NCBI GenBank assembly: GCA_963771355.1
Contig: CAVYTA010000006.1
Coordinates: 2,464,001 to 2,528,000, forward strand
Source of the DNA: an uncultured Candidatus Rokubacteria bacterium
GTDB lineage: Bacteria > Methylomirabilota > Methylomirabilia > Rokubacteriales > CSP1-6
DNA length: 64,000 bases
Direction of reading: 5' to 3'
This document shows positions 27,642 through 35,539 of the stretch, piece after piece. Position 1 is the stretch's first letter; each line of letters starts with the position of its first letter. Under the pieces are notes generated by a model that did not search any database, was not told the origin of the DNA, and saw only the letters and a program-made list of their open reading frames with translations. A program made the translations under genes and the position numbers.

Positions 27642-28040
27642 CTAGCTTTTGGCTGTGGACTTGTTCAGGGCCACGGCGGCGCGAACGAGAGTCTTCAACG
27701 CCTTCTCGTCTATCTTTTCGCCCTCGTGGAAGTCGATGGCCCGCCTTGTGTTCCCGTCAAGACTGGAGTTGAAGAGGCCCGAAGGATCCTTCAGAGCCGC
27801 CCCTTTGGCGAAGGTCATCTTCACGACGGTCTTGTAAGTCTCGCCTGTGCAGATCAATCCGTCGTGCGACCACACCGGAACCCCTCTCCACTTCCACTCC
27901 TCGACGACCTCGGGATCGGCTTCCTTGACTAAGGTGCGGAGCCGGCTGAGCATCTCGCCCCGCCAGTCGCCTAGCTCCTTGATTCTCGCGTCGATCAGCT
28001 GAGAAGGAGACTTGCTGTTCTGCGACCCGCTCTTCTTCAT
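27642..28040 (-). CDS. DUF1801 (YdhG-like) protein
   Basis: 'DWRGEML', 'EEWKWRGVPVW', 'FNSSLDGNTRRAID'. Confidence 0.9.
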   Translation of the reverse strand: MKKSGSQNSKSPSQLIDARIKELGDWRGEMLSRLRTLVKEADPEVVEEWKWRGVPVWSHDGLICTGETYKTVVKMTFAKGAALKDPSGLFNSSLDGNTRRAIDFHEGEKIDEKALKTLVRAAVALNKSTAKS

Positions 28041-28130
28041 GCCCGTTTCTCTTCCTTACTTGCGAGGCTTTGATAAATGGGGGTCACCGCCGCCGTGCCG
28101 ATTTTACGCTCTTATGCGCCATGACCGCAG

Positions 28131-28640
28131 TCAGCCAGTTGACGCCGTCGGCATGAGCATGTTCAGAAAGTCGGAGAGATGGTGGGCCACTAGTCTCCCC
28201 GGGTGCGGCCCGATCTGGTGCTCCGCCGCAATGTTGTCGTGATAGACCTGATACACGGGCGGGTCTTCTTTCTCCAGAGGGATGAAATACGGATCGCCGA
28301 TGCCGTCACCATCAGCTGCGATGCAGACGAACCCGAGAGGGAGAATATCGCACCCCGGCGTGAGTTCGCTTGATTCAACGGCCATGTTGCCCGGGTCGGC
28401 CAGGATAATGTAGCTCCGTCCGTCGAAATCATCCTCGGGCGGATAGGCCTGCCAGAATAGCTCCGCACCGCAGAGCGAGTAGTTCTGGAGCAGAGCGCTC
28501 AGCCACGGAGGAAGGGTCAGTCCAAGGGAAGTTGCAAGTGCAGTGTACTGCTCCTCCGTTGCCATAAACGAGCCAGCGCCAGCAGAGCGAAGCCGTTCAC
28601 ACAACGCATTCGCGGCGGCGTGGAGCGCGGGGCTCATCAT
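28131..28640 (-). CDS. SMI1/KNR4-like protein
   Basis: 'LGLTLPPWL', 'IAADGDG.GDPY', 'VYQVYHD', 'VAHHLSDFL'. Confidence 0.6.
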   Translation of the reverse strand: MMSPALHAAANALCERLRSAGAGSFMATEEQYTALATSLGLTLPPWLSALLQNYSLCGAELFWQAYPPEDDFDGRSYIILADPGNMAVESSELTPGCDILPLGFVCIAADGDGIGDPYFIPLEKEDPPVYQVYHDNIAAEHQIGPHPGRLVAHHLSDFLNMLMPTASTG

Positions 28641-28650
28641 GGCGAGGTCC

Positions 28651-28695
28651 GGCTAATGCCCAAGCTCAGCCGTCGGCTGGAGCACCTTGTTAGCC
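28651..28695 (-). repeat. Shortened attC (45 bp) with mutated R' (ATTAGCC)
   Basis: Minus strand GGCTAAC-AAGGT-GCTCCAGCCG-A-CGGCTGAGC-TTGGGC-ATTAGCC; the TAA is the gene's stop. Confidence 0.8.
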
Positions 28696-29124
28696 GCTGC
28701 CATGTTTGCGTAACACCTCTGCCGACAACCGATCAAGAAGCTGCTCGTTTGCCGGCACTAAGATTCGCTCCATGCGGCGACCAACATCAGGATTCTCGAA
28801 GTCTTGATTCCAACCGACCAGAGTCCCACCATCTGCGGTTGGCTCTAGAGTTACTGTCAGGAGATACCGTGGCTGTGATACGTGGTGAATAACGATCCTC
28901 TTGGGCGGCTCAATCTCCGTAATGACAATTTCATTGGGATAGTTCTTCCCGTCCGGCCCGTGCATCGTGAACGACCATTTCCCGCCTGGCTTAAACTCAT
29001 AAGTCTTGAAGGTATTGGTGAAACCAGCCGGTCCCCACCAAACTGCTAGGCGAGCGTCGTCCTCGAACGCAGCAAAGACACTCGATGGCGGTGCGGCAAT
29101 CTTGCGTGACGCCTGGAAGGTCAT
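28690..29124 (-). CDS. SRPBCC/AHSA1 family protein (cassette)
   Basis: 'WWGPAGFTNT', 'MHGPDGKNYPN'; stop inside R''. Confidence 0.9.
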   Translation of the reverse strand: MTFQASRKIAAPPSSVFAAFEDDARLAVWWGPAGFTNTFKTYEFKPGGKWSFTMHGPDGKNYPNEIVITEIEPPKRIVIHHVSQPRYLLTVTLEPTADGGTLVGWNQDFENPDVGRRMERILVPANEQLLDRLSAEVLRKHGSG

Positions 29125-29164
29125 AGCATTTACGCTCCTGCAACCCGACATGTTGTTCCGCTGA

Positions 29165-29192
29165 AGCGGCAAACGGGCAGGCTGAGCGGCCA
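29165..29192 (-). repeat. attC right-arm remnant (L'-R')
   Basis: Minus strand GCCGCTCAGCCTGCCC-GTTTGCCGCT; 9/10 match to cassette end at 28689-28698. Confidence 0.65.
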
Positions 29193-29602
29193 CGACGGAC
29201 GCCAAGCAGCGGTGAAAAGTGCCCCACTCCCGTTGCCGTGTCCCAAAAGACGATGGGGACGCTGCCGCGAGCGAGGCTGGCGGCAAGCCGTCTCAGACTC
29301 GTTGCCGGCAGTATCGGGACTCCAAGCTCACGGGCCCGACGGTAAAGGCGACGTTCCAACGGGGTTGGCCTGGGATCTCGGTTCGAGTGGAATTGAACTG
29401 AGAGGCCGTGCTCGGCCAGGGCGGTTGCCAGTCCGATCGTGAACACCCCGTGGCGTCGTGTGTACCTGCACGCTTTGATCAGCCTCGCCGCCGACACCCT
29501 CTTCCCGAAGTGTCGGAGCACCGTCTACGCTGCCAGCAAGCCGCAATGGCCATCCGTCGCAAGGAGTTTCCTCGGCGCATCGGCGTAGTCGGGGAACTCC
29601 AT
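29175..29602 (-). pseudogene. Peptidase C39-like cassette gene with internal TAG and 3' truncation
   Basis: 'DGHCGLLAA*TVLRHFG...GHFSPL'; in-frame TAG at 29525-29527. Confidence 0.6.
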
Positions 29603-29613
29603 GTCAGCTATCC

Positions 29614-29679
29614 GCCGAACGCCAGCATCGGCCGTTTGCGGAGCGGAGCGGTGCAAATCGGCTGCATGCCGTGTTGGGT
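29614..29679 (-). repeat. attC (66 bp)
   Basis: Minus strand ACCCAAC-ACG-GCATGCAGCCG...CGGCCGATGC-TGGC-GTTCGGC. Confidence 0.85.
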
Positions 29680-29740
29680 GGCAGTGACGGTCATGAGGAG
29701 TTGAAACGCGATTTGTACTCCATGATGCCAAACGCCAACT

Positions 29741-30310
29741 TCAGCGCGTGATCCTCTTCAGATCGTGGCGCATGATCGGGCGAGATGGCGTACGGCGCGC
29801 AACGATCTTGAAGCCAGCGCGCGCGAACGCCGAGGCTGTGCCCGTGAAAACATTCGAGGTACTTTCCGGTCGCGCCGTGTCAACCGGATAAGCTTCGAGG
29901 GCGGGCGCCTTGGCGCGCTTGGCGGCTTTCACTGCCGCGGTGATCAAGGCCGACCGGACGCCCTGCTTGCGATAACCCCGCCGCACATAAAAGCACGAGA
30001 TAGACCAGACGGGCACTTCATCAATGCGCTCAAAATGTCGCGCGCGATTGAGCCAGCCCAACGCATCGCGGGGCGTGAGCTGGCACCAGCCCACGGCCAG
30101 TTCACCGTCAAAAGCTAGCAAGCCCGGGGGTGGACCACGCTTCACGATCTCCCGAATGGCCGTTCGGTTTTTTGCTCGCGGGCGCTTGTGGTAGGCGCTG
30201 CCGATCCTCCAATACATGCACCAGCAGCCATTACTGGCACCCCCCTTCCCGAACAAGTCTTCAAAAGCAGGCCAGAGATTGGGCGTGAGTGGGCGGATCG
30301 TAAGCTGCAT
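29741..30310 (-). CDS. GNAT family N-acetyltransferase (cassette)
   Basis: 'GCWCMYWR', 'VGWCQLTPR', 'SCFYVRRGYRKQGV', 'LEAYPVD'. Confidence 0.9.
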   Translation of the reverse strand: MQLTIRPLTPNLWPAFEDLFGKGGASNGCWCMYWRIGSAYHKRPRAKNRTAIREIVKRGPPPGLLAFDGELAVGWCQLTPRDALGWLNRARHFERIDEVPVWSISCFYVRRGYRKQGVRSALITAAVKAAKRAKAPALEAYPVDTARPESTSNVFTGTASAFARAGFKIVARRTPSRPIMRHDLKRITR

Positions 30311-30355
30311 ATCGTATTCCTATACCTTTGCTCGGTTGTCAATTTGCGGAGTGCC

Positions 30356-30419
30356 ACCCAACGTCGAGCTAACCGGCGCTGCGGCTGTTTGCAGCGTCCG
30401 GTTAAGCGCCCAGTTAGGC
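30356..30419 (-). repeat. attC (64 bp)
   Basis: Minus strand GCCTAAC...TTAACCGGACGCTGC..GCAGCGCCGGTTAG...GTTGGGT; the TAA is the gene's stop. Confidence 0.9.
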
Positions 30420-30776
30420 GCTCGCTCTTCCAATTAGCCAGCGACACGTTGGCACCAGTATGCCTATCCCGACAGCCTGGTAAACGGGGGTAAAAAGAAC
30501 CGCAATTCCGCCCTGTGGGTCGGGATGGAGAAAAATGACATAGGTGAGGAATAGCAGTCCGCCCACCGTGACAATCGCGACAACCACAACATAAGCGATC
30601 GCCGACGCGCGTTCCTTGGCGAAGAACGTTAGCCCCAACGCAAGGGCTGCATATGGAAGTACAAGCCACACTGTAAAGAATGCCGCTGCACCAAGGCTAT
30701 TGGGCTTCAATACATTTACGAACGCGAGGCTCACCAAAGCGGAGACCGCGAGTATCGCGTAACTGAGAGCCTTCAT
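30414..30776 (-). CDS. Hypothetical 4-TM membrane protein (cassette)
   Basis: Hydrophobic 120 aa; 'HPDPQGGIAVLFTP'; low GC. Confidence 0.8.
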   Translation of the reverse strand: MKALSYAILAVSALVSLAFVNVLKPNSLGAAAFFTVWLVLPYAALALGLTFFAKERASAIAYVVVVAIVTVGGLLFLTYVIFLHPDPQGGIAVLFTPVYQAVGIGILVPTCRWLIGRASA

Positions 30777-30799
30777 AACCTGCCGGCCATCCTATTCGC

Positions 30800-30869
30800 G
30801 CCTAGCGATTTGCGGCTCAGCGGCGAGGGCGGCGAAGCCGACCGAGTCCGCTGCAGCCGCGGGTTAGGC
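30800..30869 (-). repeat. attC (70 bp), R' mutated GTT to GCT
   Basis: Minus strand GCCTAAC-CCGCG-GCTGCAGCGGAC...CCGCTGAGCCGCAAATC-GCTAGGC. Confidence 0.9.
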
Positions 30870-30901
30870 GACTGAAGGCTAAGCTTCACGGAGCGCCGGG
30901 T

Positions 30902-31294
30902 TTACCGCCCCGCTCCAGCCGGCAACCATCGGGCGGCAGCATCGGCGCTATCGTCGGGCCGTGTATTGAAGGCTATTGCCGCACCTGGGGCAGCTTTATG
31001 AACAGCGTTGATGACGGCTTCGAATAGTGCAAGGCCCCGGGGCGGCAGCCGGACTCCGGCTCCGATGACAACACAATCATAGCTCTTAGTAGCTAATTGA
31101 CGCTCAACTGCCGGCCCAGCGGTTTCATTCGGCCGGATGTAGCCAACATCGGCCTCCCATCCGCGTTCAGCGAACTGCTTCAGCGCAACCGCAATGCCGG
31201 CGTGAATCTTCTCGACGGTCATACCTGGCGGCAAGGCAGGGTCGGAGAAATCCACAGTTTCCGGATCGTAGCCGACGAGCAGAATCCTCGTCAT
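30902..31294 (-). CDS. Conserved hypothetical protein (cassette)
   Basis: 'YDCVVIGAGVR', 'IAFNTRPDDS..AAARW'; GAGGGAGG RBS. Confidence 0.85.
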   Translation of the reverse strand: MTRILLVGYDPETVDFSDPALPPGMTVEKIHAGIAVALKQFAERGWEADVGYIRPNETAGPAVERQLATKSYDCVVIGAGVRLPPRGLALFEAVINAVHKAAPGAAIAFNTRPDDSADAAARWLPAGAGR

Positions 31295-31337
31295 GAGCCC
31301 TCCCTCGTTTTGCTGCTGTCTCACTCTAGCGCGGGTC

Positions 31338-31425
31338 GCCTAACGCTAGGTTTCAGGCGCGGCGGATAGCGGGAGCGAGGCACGAGTGGACGCTGTTCGC
31401 CGTCGCCTGCAAACCCTTGTTAGCC
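31338..31425 (-). repeat. attC (88 bp)
   Basis: Minus strand GGCTAAC-AAGG-GTTTGCAGGCGAC...CGCCTGAAACC-TAGC-GTTAGGC. Confidence 0.9.
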
Positions 31426-31517
31426 AGCATGTTGATGCCCAACTTACCCATCGACCATGAAACGCAAACGGCCTGGGGCTTCTGCGACAAACACACGACC
31501 AATGCTTCATCTGATAT

Positions 31518-32198
31518 TCAGTGGCTCCGCAGGCCACCGCCGGTGAGGTGCATGATCACGAACAGCAGGGCCAGGCCGATGGCGTGGATCCCAACCACGT
31601 AAACTCAGCGTGGGGCCCTGGTGGCGGATCCCAGACCCGGCCCCACGTCGGATCCGGGATGGGAGGGCAGGTCAGCCAGCGACACCTTACGCCGCTCGTG
31701 CTGCTTACGCCGCCCGTACGGGGTCATGCCCCACGGCTTGTATACCGCGAGCACCGTTGCCGCGAGCAACACCAGCAGGCCGCCCCCAGCGTGCACCACG
31801 AGGTGAATCCGCTGCGCGCGGAAGTCTGTAGCGGACAATGTGGTCTCTGCCGCTACGCCTGCCATGGCTGTTACTGCCTGCATGTGCCGCAGCAACACCA
31901 TGGTGGCACTCGTGATCAGAAGGAACTTCGCCAAGACCCACCAGTGCCGGAACAAGCCCCACTGAGTTCCCAGTGACTCGACAAGCCCGGCGAGCAGTGT
32001 AGCGAGGCTGAATGGGACGATGATGTACCAGCCGATGAACTCCATCGAGAGGTAGGCGGCACGCACCATCTGAGCACTGTGGCTGGTCAGACCGACGATG
32101 GATAGAGCGAGGTAGGCAACGACCGCGCCGAGCCAGCCGACCGACAAAATGATATGCGCGGTGAGCGCGAACTTGCGAAGACTTGGTGTCATGGTCAT
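31518..32198 (-). CDS. DUF2269-like membrane protein with internal TGA at 31605-31607
   Basis: 'RKFALTAH..SVGWLGA', 'WGLFRHWWV..K', 'YKPWGMT'; frame continues past TGA as 'VYVVGIHAIGLALLFVIMHLTGGGLRSH'. Confidence 0.8.
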
Positions 32199-32208
32199 GC
32201 CTTATGCG

Positions 32209-32295
32209 GGCTAACGCTGCCAGTGAGCGGCGCGGTCTCCGGCCGCTACATCGCCCCTCACCGTTCCCCGCGGCCGCTCGATTGGCTGGTTAGAG
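32209..32295 (-). repeat. attC (87 bp)
   Basis: Minus strand CTCTAAC-CAGCCAATCGAGCGGCCGCGG...CCGCGCCGCTCACTGGCAGC-GTTAGCC. Confidence 0.88.
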
Positions 32296-32313
32296 GTTGC
32301 GATGACGGAGGCG

Positions 32314-33303
32314 CTACTCAATGACATGGTCTGCTAGGGCCAGCAACGAGGGTGGGATCGCGAGGCCGAGCGTCTTTGCGGCCCGAAGGTTGATGACCAG
32401 CTCAAAGTGGATCGGTTGCTCCACGGGGAGTTCAGCGGGCTTGGCGCCCTTCAGGATCCTGTCAACGTAGCTGGCGGCCTGCCGAAACTGTTCCGTCAGC
32501 TTCGGCCCGTATGACAGGAGTCCCCCCGCCTCAACATTCTCACTGCGCTGGAATATGGTTGCGAGTCGGGCCTGCCGGGCCAACTCCGCAATTTGCCGGC
32601 GCTCACTTATGAACAGTGGATCGGGGAGGATCACGACGCCTGCCACGCCAGCACGGGCTATTGCTGCAAAGGCCGATCCCAATTCCTTCGGCTCTCTGAC
32701 CGCGACATGCTGGAGCTGTATCCGCAATGACTCGGCGGCGACCTGGGTATCTCGCCACATGAGCGCAGACCCAGGATTCGTTGTGTTTCGCAAGACGGCG
32801 AGCCGTGTCGCAGCGGGGCGGACCTCCTTGATTAGCTGCAGTAACTTGCCGCTGACATCTCGGGAGACATTGCTGACGCCGGTGACGTTCCCGGCAGGTC
32901 GCGAGAGGCTAGCCACCAGCCCACTCCCGACCGGATCGCCGACAGAGACCATAACGATCGGAATGGTGCGAGTCGCGCGCTTGGCGGCAAGCGTCGCCGG
33001 CGTGGTCCACGCGACGAGAACGTCCACTTTCGAGCGGACGAGATCGGTAGCCAGGCGGTCCAATTCGGGTTCAGCGCCCGCGCTCGATCTCAGCTCCAAG
33101 ACGAGATTCTGTCCCACGGAGTATCCGAGCTCCCGTAACCGCCCTCGCAATGGCTCGACGTGCTGCGCGGCCGCTGTCGCCGGGACCGGGAGGAGTACAC
33201 CGACCCGGTACTCCTGCGCGGCTCGCGGCGCATCGGCCAGGAGCGACGCGGCGAGAATCCCGGCAAGGGCGACGACGATCGTGACGATGGGTCTAACCGT
33301 CAT
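32314..33303 (-). CDS. ABC transporter substrate-binding protein (PF04392-type), cassette 2
   Basis: 'LRELGY', 'GDPVGSGLVASLSRPAGNVTG', 'GGLLSYG', 'LPVEQP..FELVINL'. Confidence 0.92.
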   Translation of the reverse strand: MTVRPIVTIVVALAGILAASLLADAPRAAQEYRVGVLLPVPATAAAQHVEPLRGRLRELGYSVGQNLVLELRSSAGAEPELDRLATDLVRSKVDVLVAWTTPATLAAKRATRTIPIVMVSVGDPVGSGLVASLSRPAGNVTGVSNVSRDVSGKLLQLIKEVRPAATRLAVLRNTTNPGSALMWRDTQVAAESLRIQLQHVAVREPKELGSAFAAIARAGVAGVVILPDPLFISERRQIAELARQARLATIFQRSENVEAGGLLSYGPKLTEQFRQAASYVDRILKGAKPAELPVEQPIHFELVINLRAAKTLGLAIPPSLLALADHVIE

Positions 33304-33348
33304 GACTCGCTTTGGTAGCACTCCAACCGGATGAGGCAATCCATGAAC

Positions 33349-33403
33349 CTCTAACGCACCATTCAGCGGCGGCGGAGCCGTCCGCTGCAATAGGCAGTTG
33401 TCC
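33349..33403 (-). repeat. attC (55 bp)
   Basis: Minus strand GGACAAC-TGCCT-ATTGCAGCGGAC...CCGCTGAAT-GGTGC-GTTAGAG. Confidence 0.85.
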
Positions 33404-33437
33404 GACCGCAGGCAACTGTACGCCCCCTCGTCCGTGA

Positions 33438-34412
33438 TCACTCGATCAGCCGATCAGCGCGCAGGAGCACCGCCGGCGGGAACGTGACGCCTTGAGCTTT
33501 TGCCGTCTTGAGATGAAGGACCAACTCGAAGTGCGTCGGCTGCTCAACGGGGAGCTCGGCTGGGTTTGCGCCTCTCAGGATCTTGTCGATGAAGGTGGCG
33601 CCGGAGCGGTACTGCTCGATCGTGCTGAAGGAGTACGACATCAGGCCGCCTGCGTCCGCAAATTCATTCTGCCCGTACACGGCAACCTGACGCTGGGCGT
33701 TCACCAATTCCACAATACGTCCGCGTTGGGAGACGAAGAACGCGGCTGAGAGGACATAGAGCACGTCTGGCCGCTCGGACTTCAGCACCTTGAAAGCGGC
33801 GATCAGATCCTCCGGTGATCGCGCCTCGATCATCCTCAGGTTCAGTGCGAGTGTCGCCGCCGCCTGCTTCAGAGTGGGAAGCATTCGTACTAGGGGCAGG
33901 TTCGTCGGGTCGTGCAGCAGCGCCACACGCGAGGCCGAGGGGAACACTTCTTTGAGGAGCTGCAATATCTTGATCTGAAACTCCTCCGCCTGATTGCTGA
34001 GCCCGGTCGCATTGGTCCCCGGCCGTCGCAACGCCTTGATGATCCCAATCCCTACCGGATCTGAGACGGCGACGAACACGATCGGGATCGTCGTCGTCGC
34101 CTTGGATGCCGCGAGGGTCGCTTGAGAGCCGGCCGCGAACAAGACATCGGGCCTGAGCGCGACCAGTTCCGCGGCCAGCGCGGACAACCGGTCGAACCGC
34201 CCCTCCGCGAACCGCCGCTCGACCACAAGGTTGTGTCCCTCGCGGTAGCCGAGCTCGGCGAGCGCCCTGAACAGGGCTCGTTGATTCGGCGCATTGACCG
34301 CCGGTGAAGCCGGGACTAGGTAGGCCAGCCGGTGGGGGCGCTGCTCTGCACTCGCCCATGCGGTCATTGCGAACGAGGCTGCGCCCGTCAGAATCTCCCT
34401 GCGCGTGGTCAT
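33438..34412 (-). CDS. ABC transporter substrate-binding protein (PF04392-type), cassette 1
   Basis: 'TRREIL' N-terminus; 'LAELGYREG', 'RPGTNATG', 'GGLMSYS', 'LPVEQPTHFEL'. Confidence 0.92.
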   Translation of the reverse strand: MTTRREILTGAASFAMTAWASAEQRPHRLAYLVPASPAVNAPNQRALFRALAELGYREGHNLVVERRFAEGRFDRLSALAAELVALRPDVLFAAGSQATLAASKATTTIPIVFVAVSDPVGIGIIKALRRPGTNATGLSNQAEEFQIKILQLLKEVFPSASRVALLHDPTNLPLVRMLPTLKQAAATLALNLRMIEARSPEDLIAAFKVLKSERPDVLYVLSAAFFVSQRGRIVELVNAQRQVAVYGQNEFADAGGLMSYSFSTIEQYRSGATFIDKILRGANPAELPVEQPTHFELVLHLKTAKAQGVTFPPAVLLRADRLIE

Positions 34413-34444
34413 ACGACGAGACAAATCTTCATCGGTCGTGGTTC

Positions 34445-34477
34445 GGACAACTAGAATTATCTAGTTCTGTGTAGCGC
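34445..34477 (-). other. Candidate attI recombination site
   Basis: The first cassette starts at GTTGTCC (34451-34445), preceded by AT-rich GAACTAGATAATTCTA rather than an attC hairpin. Confidence 0.65.
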
Positions 34478-34669
34478 TGGGGACGGTGCGGGCGGGGCCC
34501 AGATCGCATGGAGGGGTGAGTTCCCTGCCGGTCGAGGATGGCTGCTCGGGCGCGCAGTTGAGAAGGTGCGGGCGCCGCGGGGCGCCGGGATAGGCAGACC
34601 GGTGTAGCGCGGTGTACGCCGCGGGCTCGGCGGCGGGCGGGAGGGCGGCGCACCGCGGCCGCCACGGGC

Positions 34670-35539
34670 TTAGATCATCTCCGCCTGGGCGCTCATGGCG
34701 ACTGTGCCCGCGGGCGTGACGGCCCAGAGCTCGCAGCCGCGGCCGTCGGCGGTGGGGCGGCCGCGCAGCTCGAAGGGGGCGCCGAGGAAGAGCGGCGCGC
34801 GCGCCTGGGTGGTGTAGGAGCGGAAGGGGCGGCCGGGGTTCGCGTCGCGGGCGAAGTCGATGAGGAGCGTAGAGGTCAGGGGGCCGTGGACCACCAGCTC
34901 CGGGTAACCCTCCACGTCCATCGCCCAGGCGCGGTCGTAGTGGATGCGATGGCTGTTGAACGTCAGCGCAGAGAACCGGAACAGGAGCACGGGGTCGGGC
35001 TCCACGCGGCGACGCCAGGGGACGTCGGTCGGCGCCTCCTCGCGGCGCGGTGCCTGGTTCCGGTCGCCGGCCTTGACCTCCTCGCGGAACACCGTGCGGC
35101 GCTCTTCCTCGATGGCGAGGCCCTCGGGCCCGAAGATGCGGTTGACCACGGTGGCGAAGACGAGGGGGCCGGTGCCGCCCTCCTTCATCGAGATGTCGCG
35201 GAGCTCGGACTCGCGCCGGAGCTGATCGCCCACGCGAAGGGGCCGCTGGAAGAGGAAGCGCTCGCCGGCGAACATGCGGCGCGGGAGCGGCATGGGCGGC
35301 ACCACGCCGGCGTCGCGGGGGCTGCCGTCCGGATGTAGCGCGTCGGGCCCGAAGCGCGGCAGGAAGTACAGGATGTGCCAGCCTGGCGGCAGCGCGTCGC
35401 CCGACGCGAGCTCGGGCCCGGACCGCCCGAAGGTCAGGCGCAGAAGGTTCGCCGGCGCGGCGGTGACGACGTCGCTGGAGACGACGCGCCGTCCGATATG
35501 GGCCTTCAGGCTATCGAGGTCGAGAGCGATCTTGGCCAT
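34670..35539 (-). CDS. MaoC/FAS1-like double hot-dog dehydratase (mesaconyl-C4-CoA hydratase-like)
   Basis: 'LPPGWH', 'PLPRRMFAG', 'LFRFSALTFNSHRIHYD', 'LVVHGPL'. Confidence 0.9.
   Translation of the reverse strand: MAKIALDLDSLKAHIGRRVVSSDVVTAAPANLLRLTFGRSGPELASGDALPPGWHILYFLPRFGPDALHPDGSPRDAGVVPPMPLPRRMFAGERFLFQRPLRVGDQLRRESELRDISMKEGGTGPLVFATVVNRIFGPEGLAIEEERRTVFREEVKAGDRNQAPRREEAPTDVPWRRRVEPDPVLLFRFSALTFNSHRIHYDRAWAMDVEGYPELVVHGPLTSTLLIDFARDANPGRPFRSYTTQARAPLFLGAPFELRGRPTADGRGCELWAVTPAGTVAMSAQAEMI

Larger units (their letters stand above)
23080..34477 (-). mobile_element. Integron gene-cassette array lacking intI in this window (candidate attI plus attC cluster)
   Basis: About 18 co-oriented short genes with visibly lower GC, separated by attC hairpins; cassette ends match over 9-12 bp. 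Confidence 0.9.

Noticed and set aside
29680..29740. Mini-cassette (GTTTGGC plus 10-codon ORF MEYKSRFNSS)
   Set aside because: The GNAT cassette's ends match perfectly (30352-30362 with 29673-29683), so this is its 3' untranslated region
31605..31607. TGA as selenocysteine or an alternative genetic code
   Set aside because: Non-redox membrane context where Trp is expected; only a weak hairpin very close to the UGA; TGA is a normal stop throughout the window
28651..33403. Recurring palindromes read as a CRISPR array or REP elements
   Set aside because: The units differ in sequence and length and are separated by whole genes; they fit the attC R''-L''-L'-R' structure
34440..34467. dif-like site (GGTTCGGACAA-CTAGAA-TTATCTAGTTC)
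   Set aside because: The spacing resembles dif but the XerD arm matches only TTAT; the left half is explained as the first cassette's 5' end
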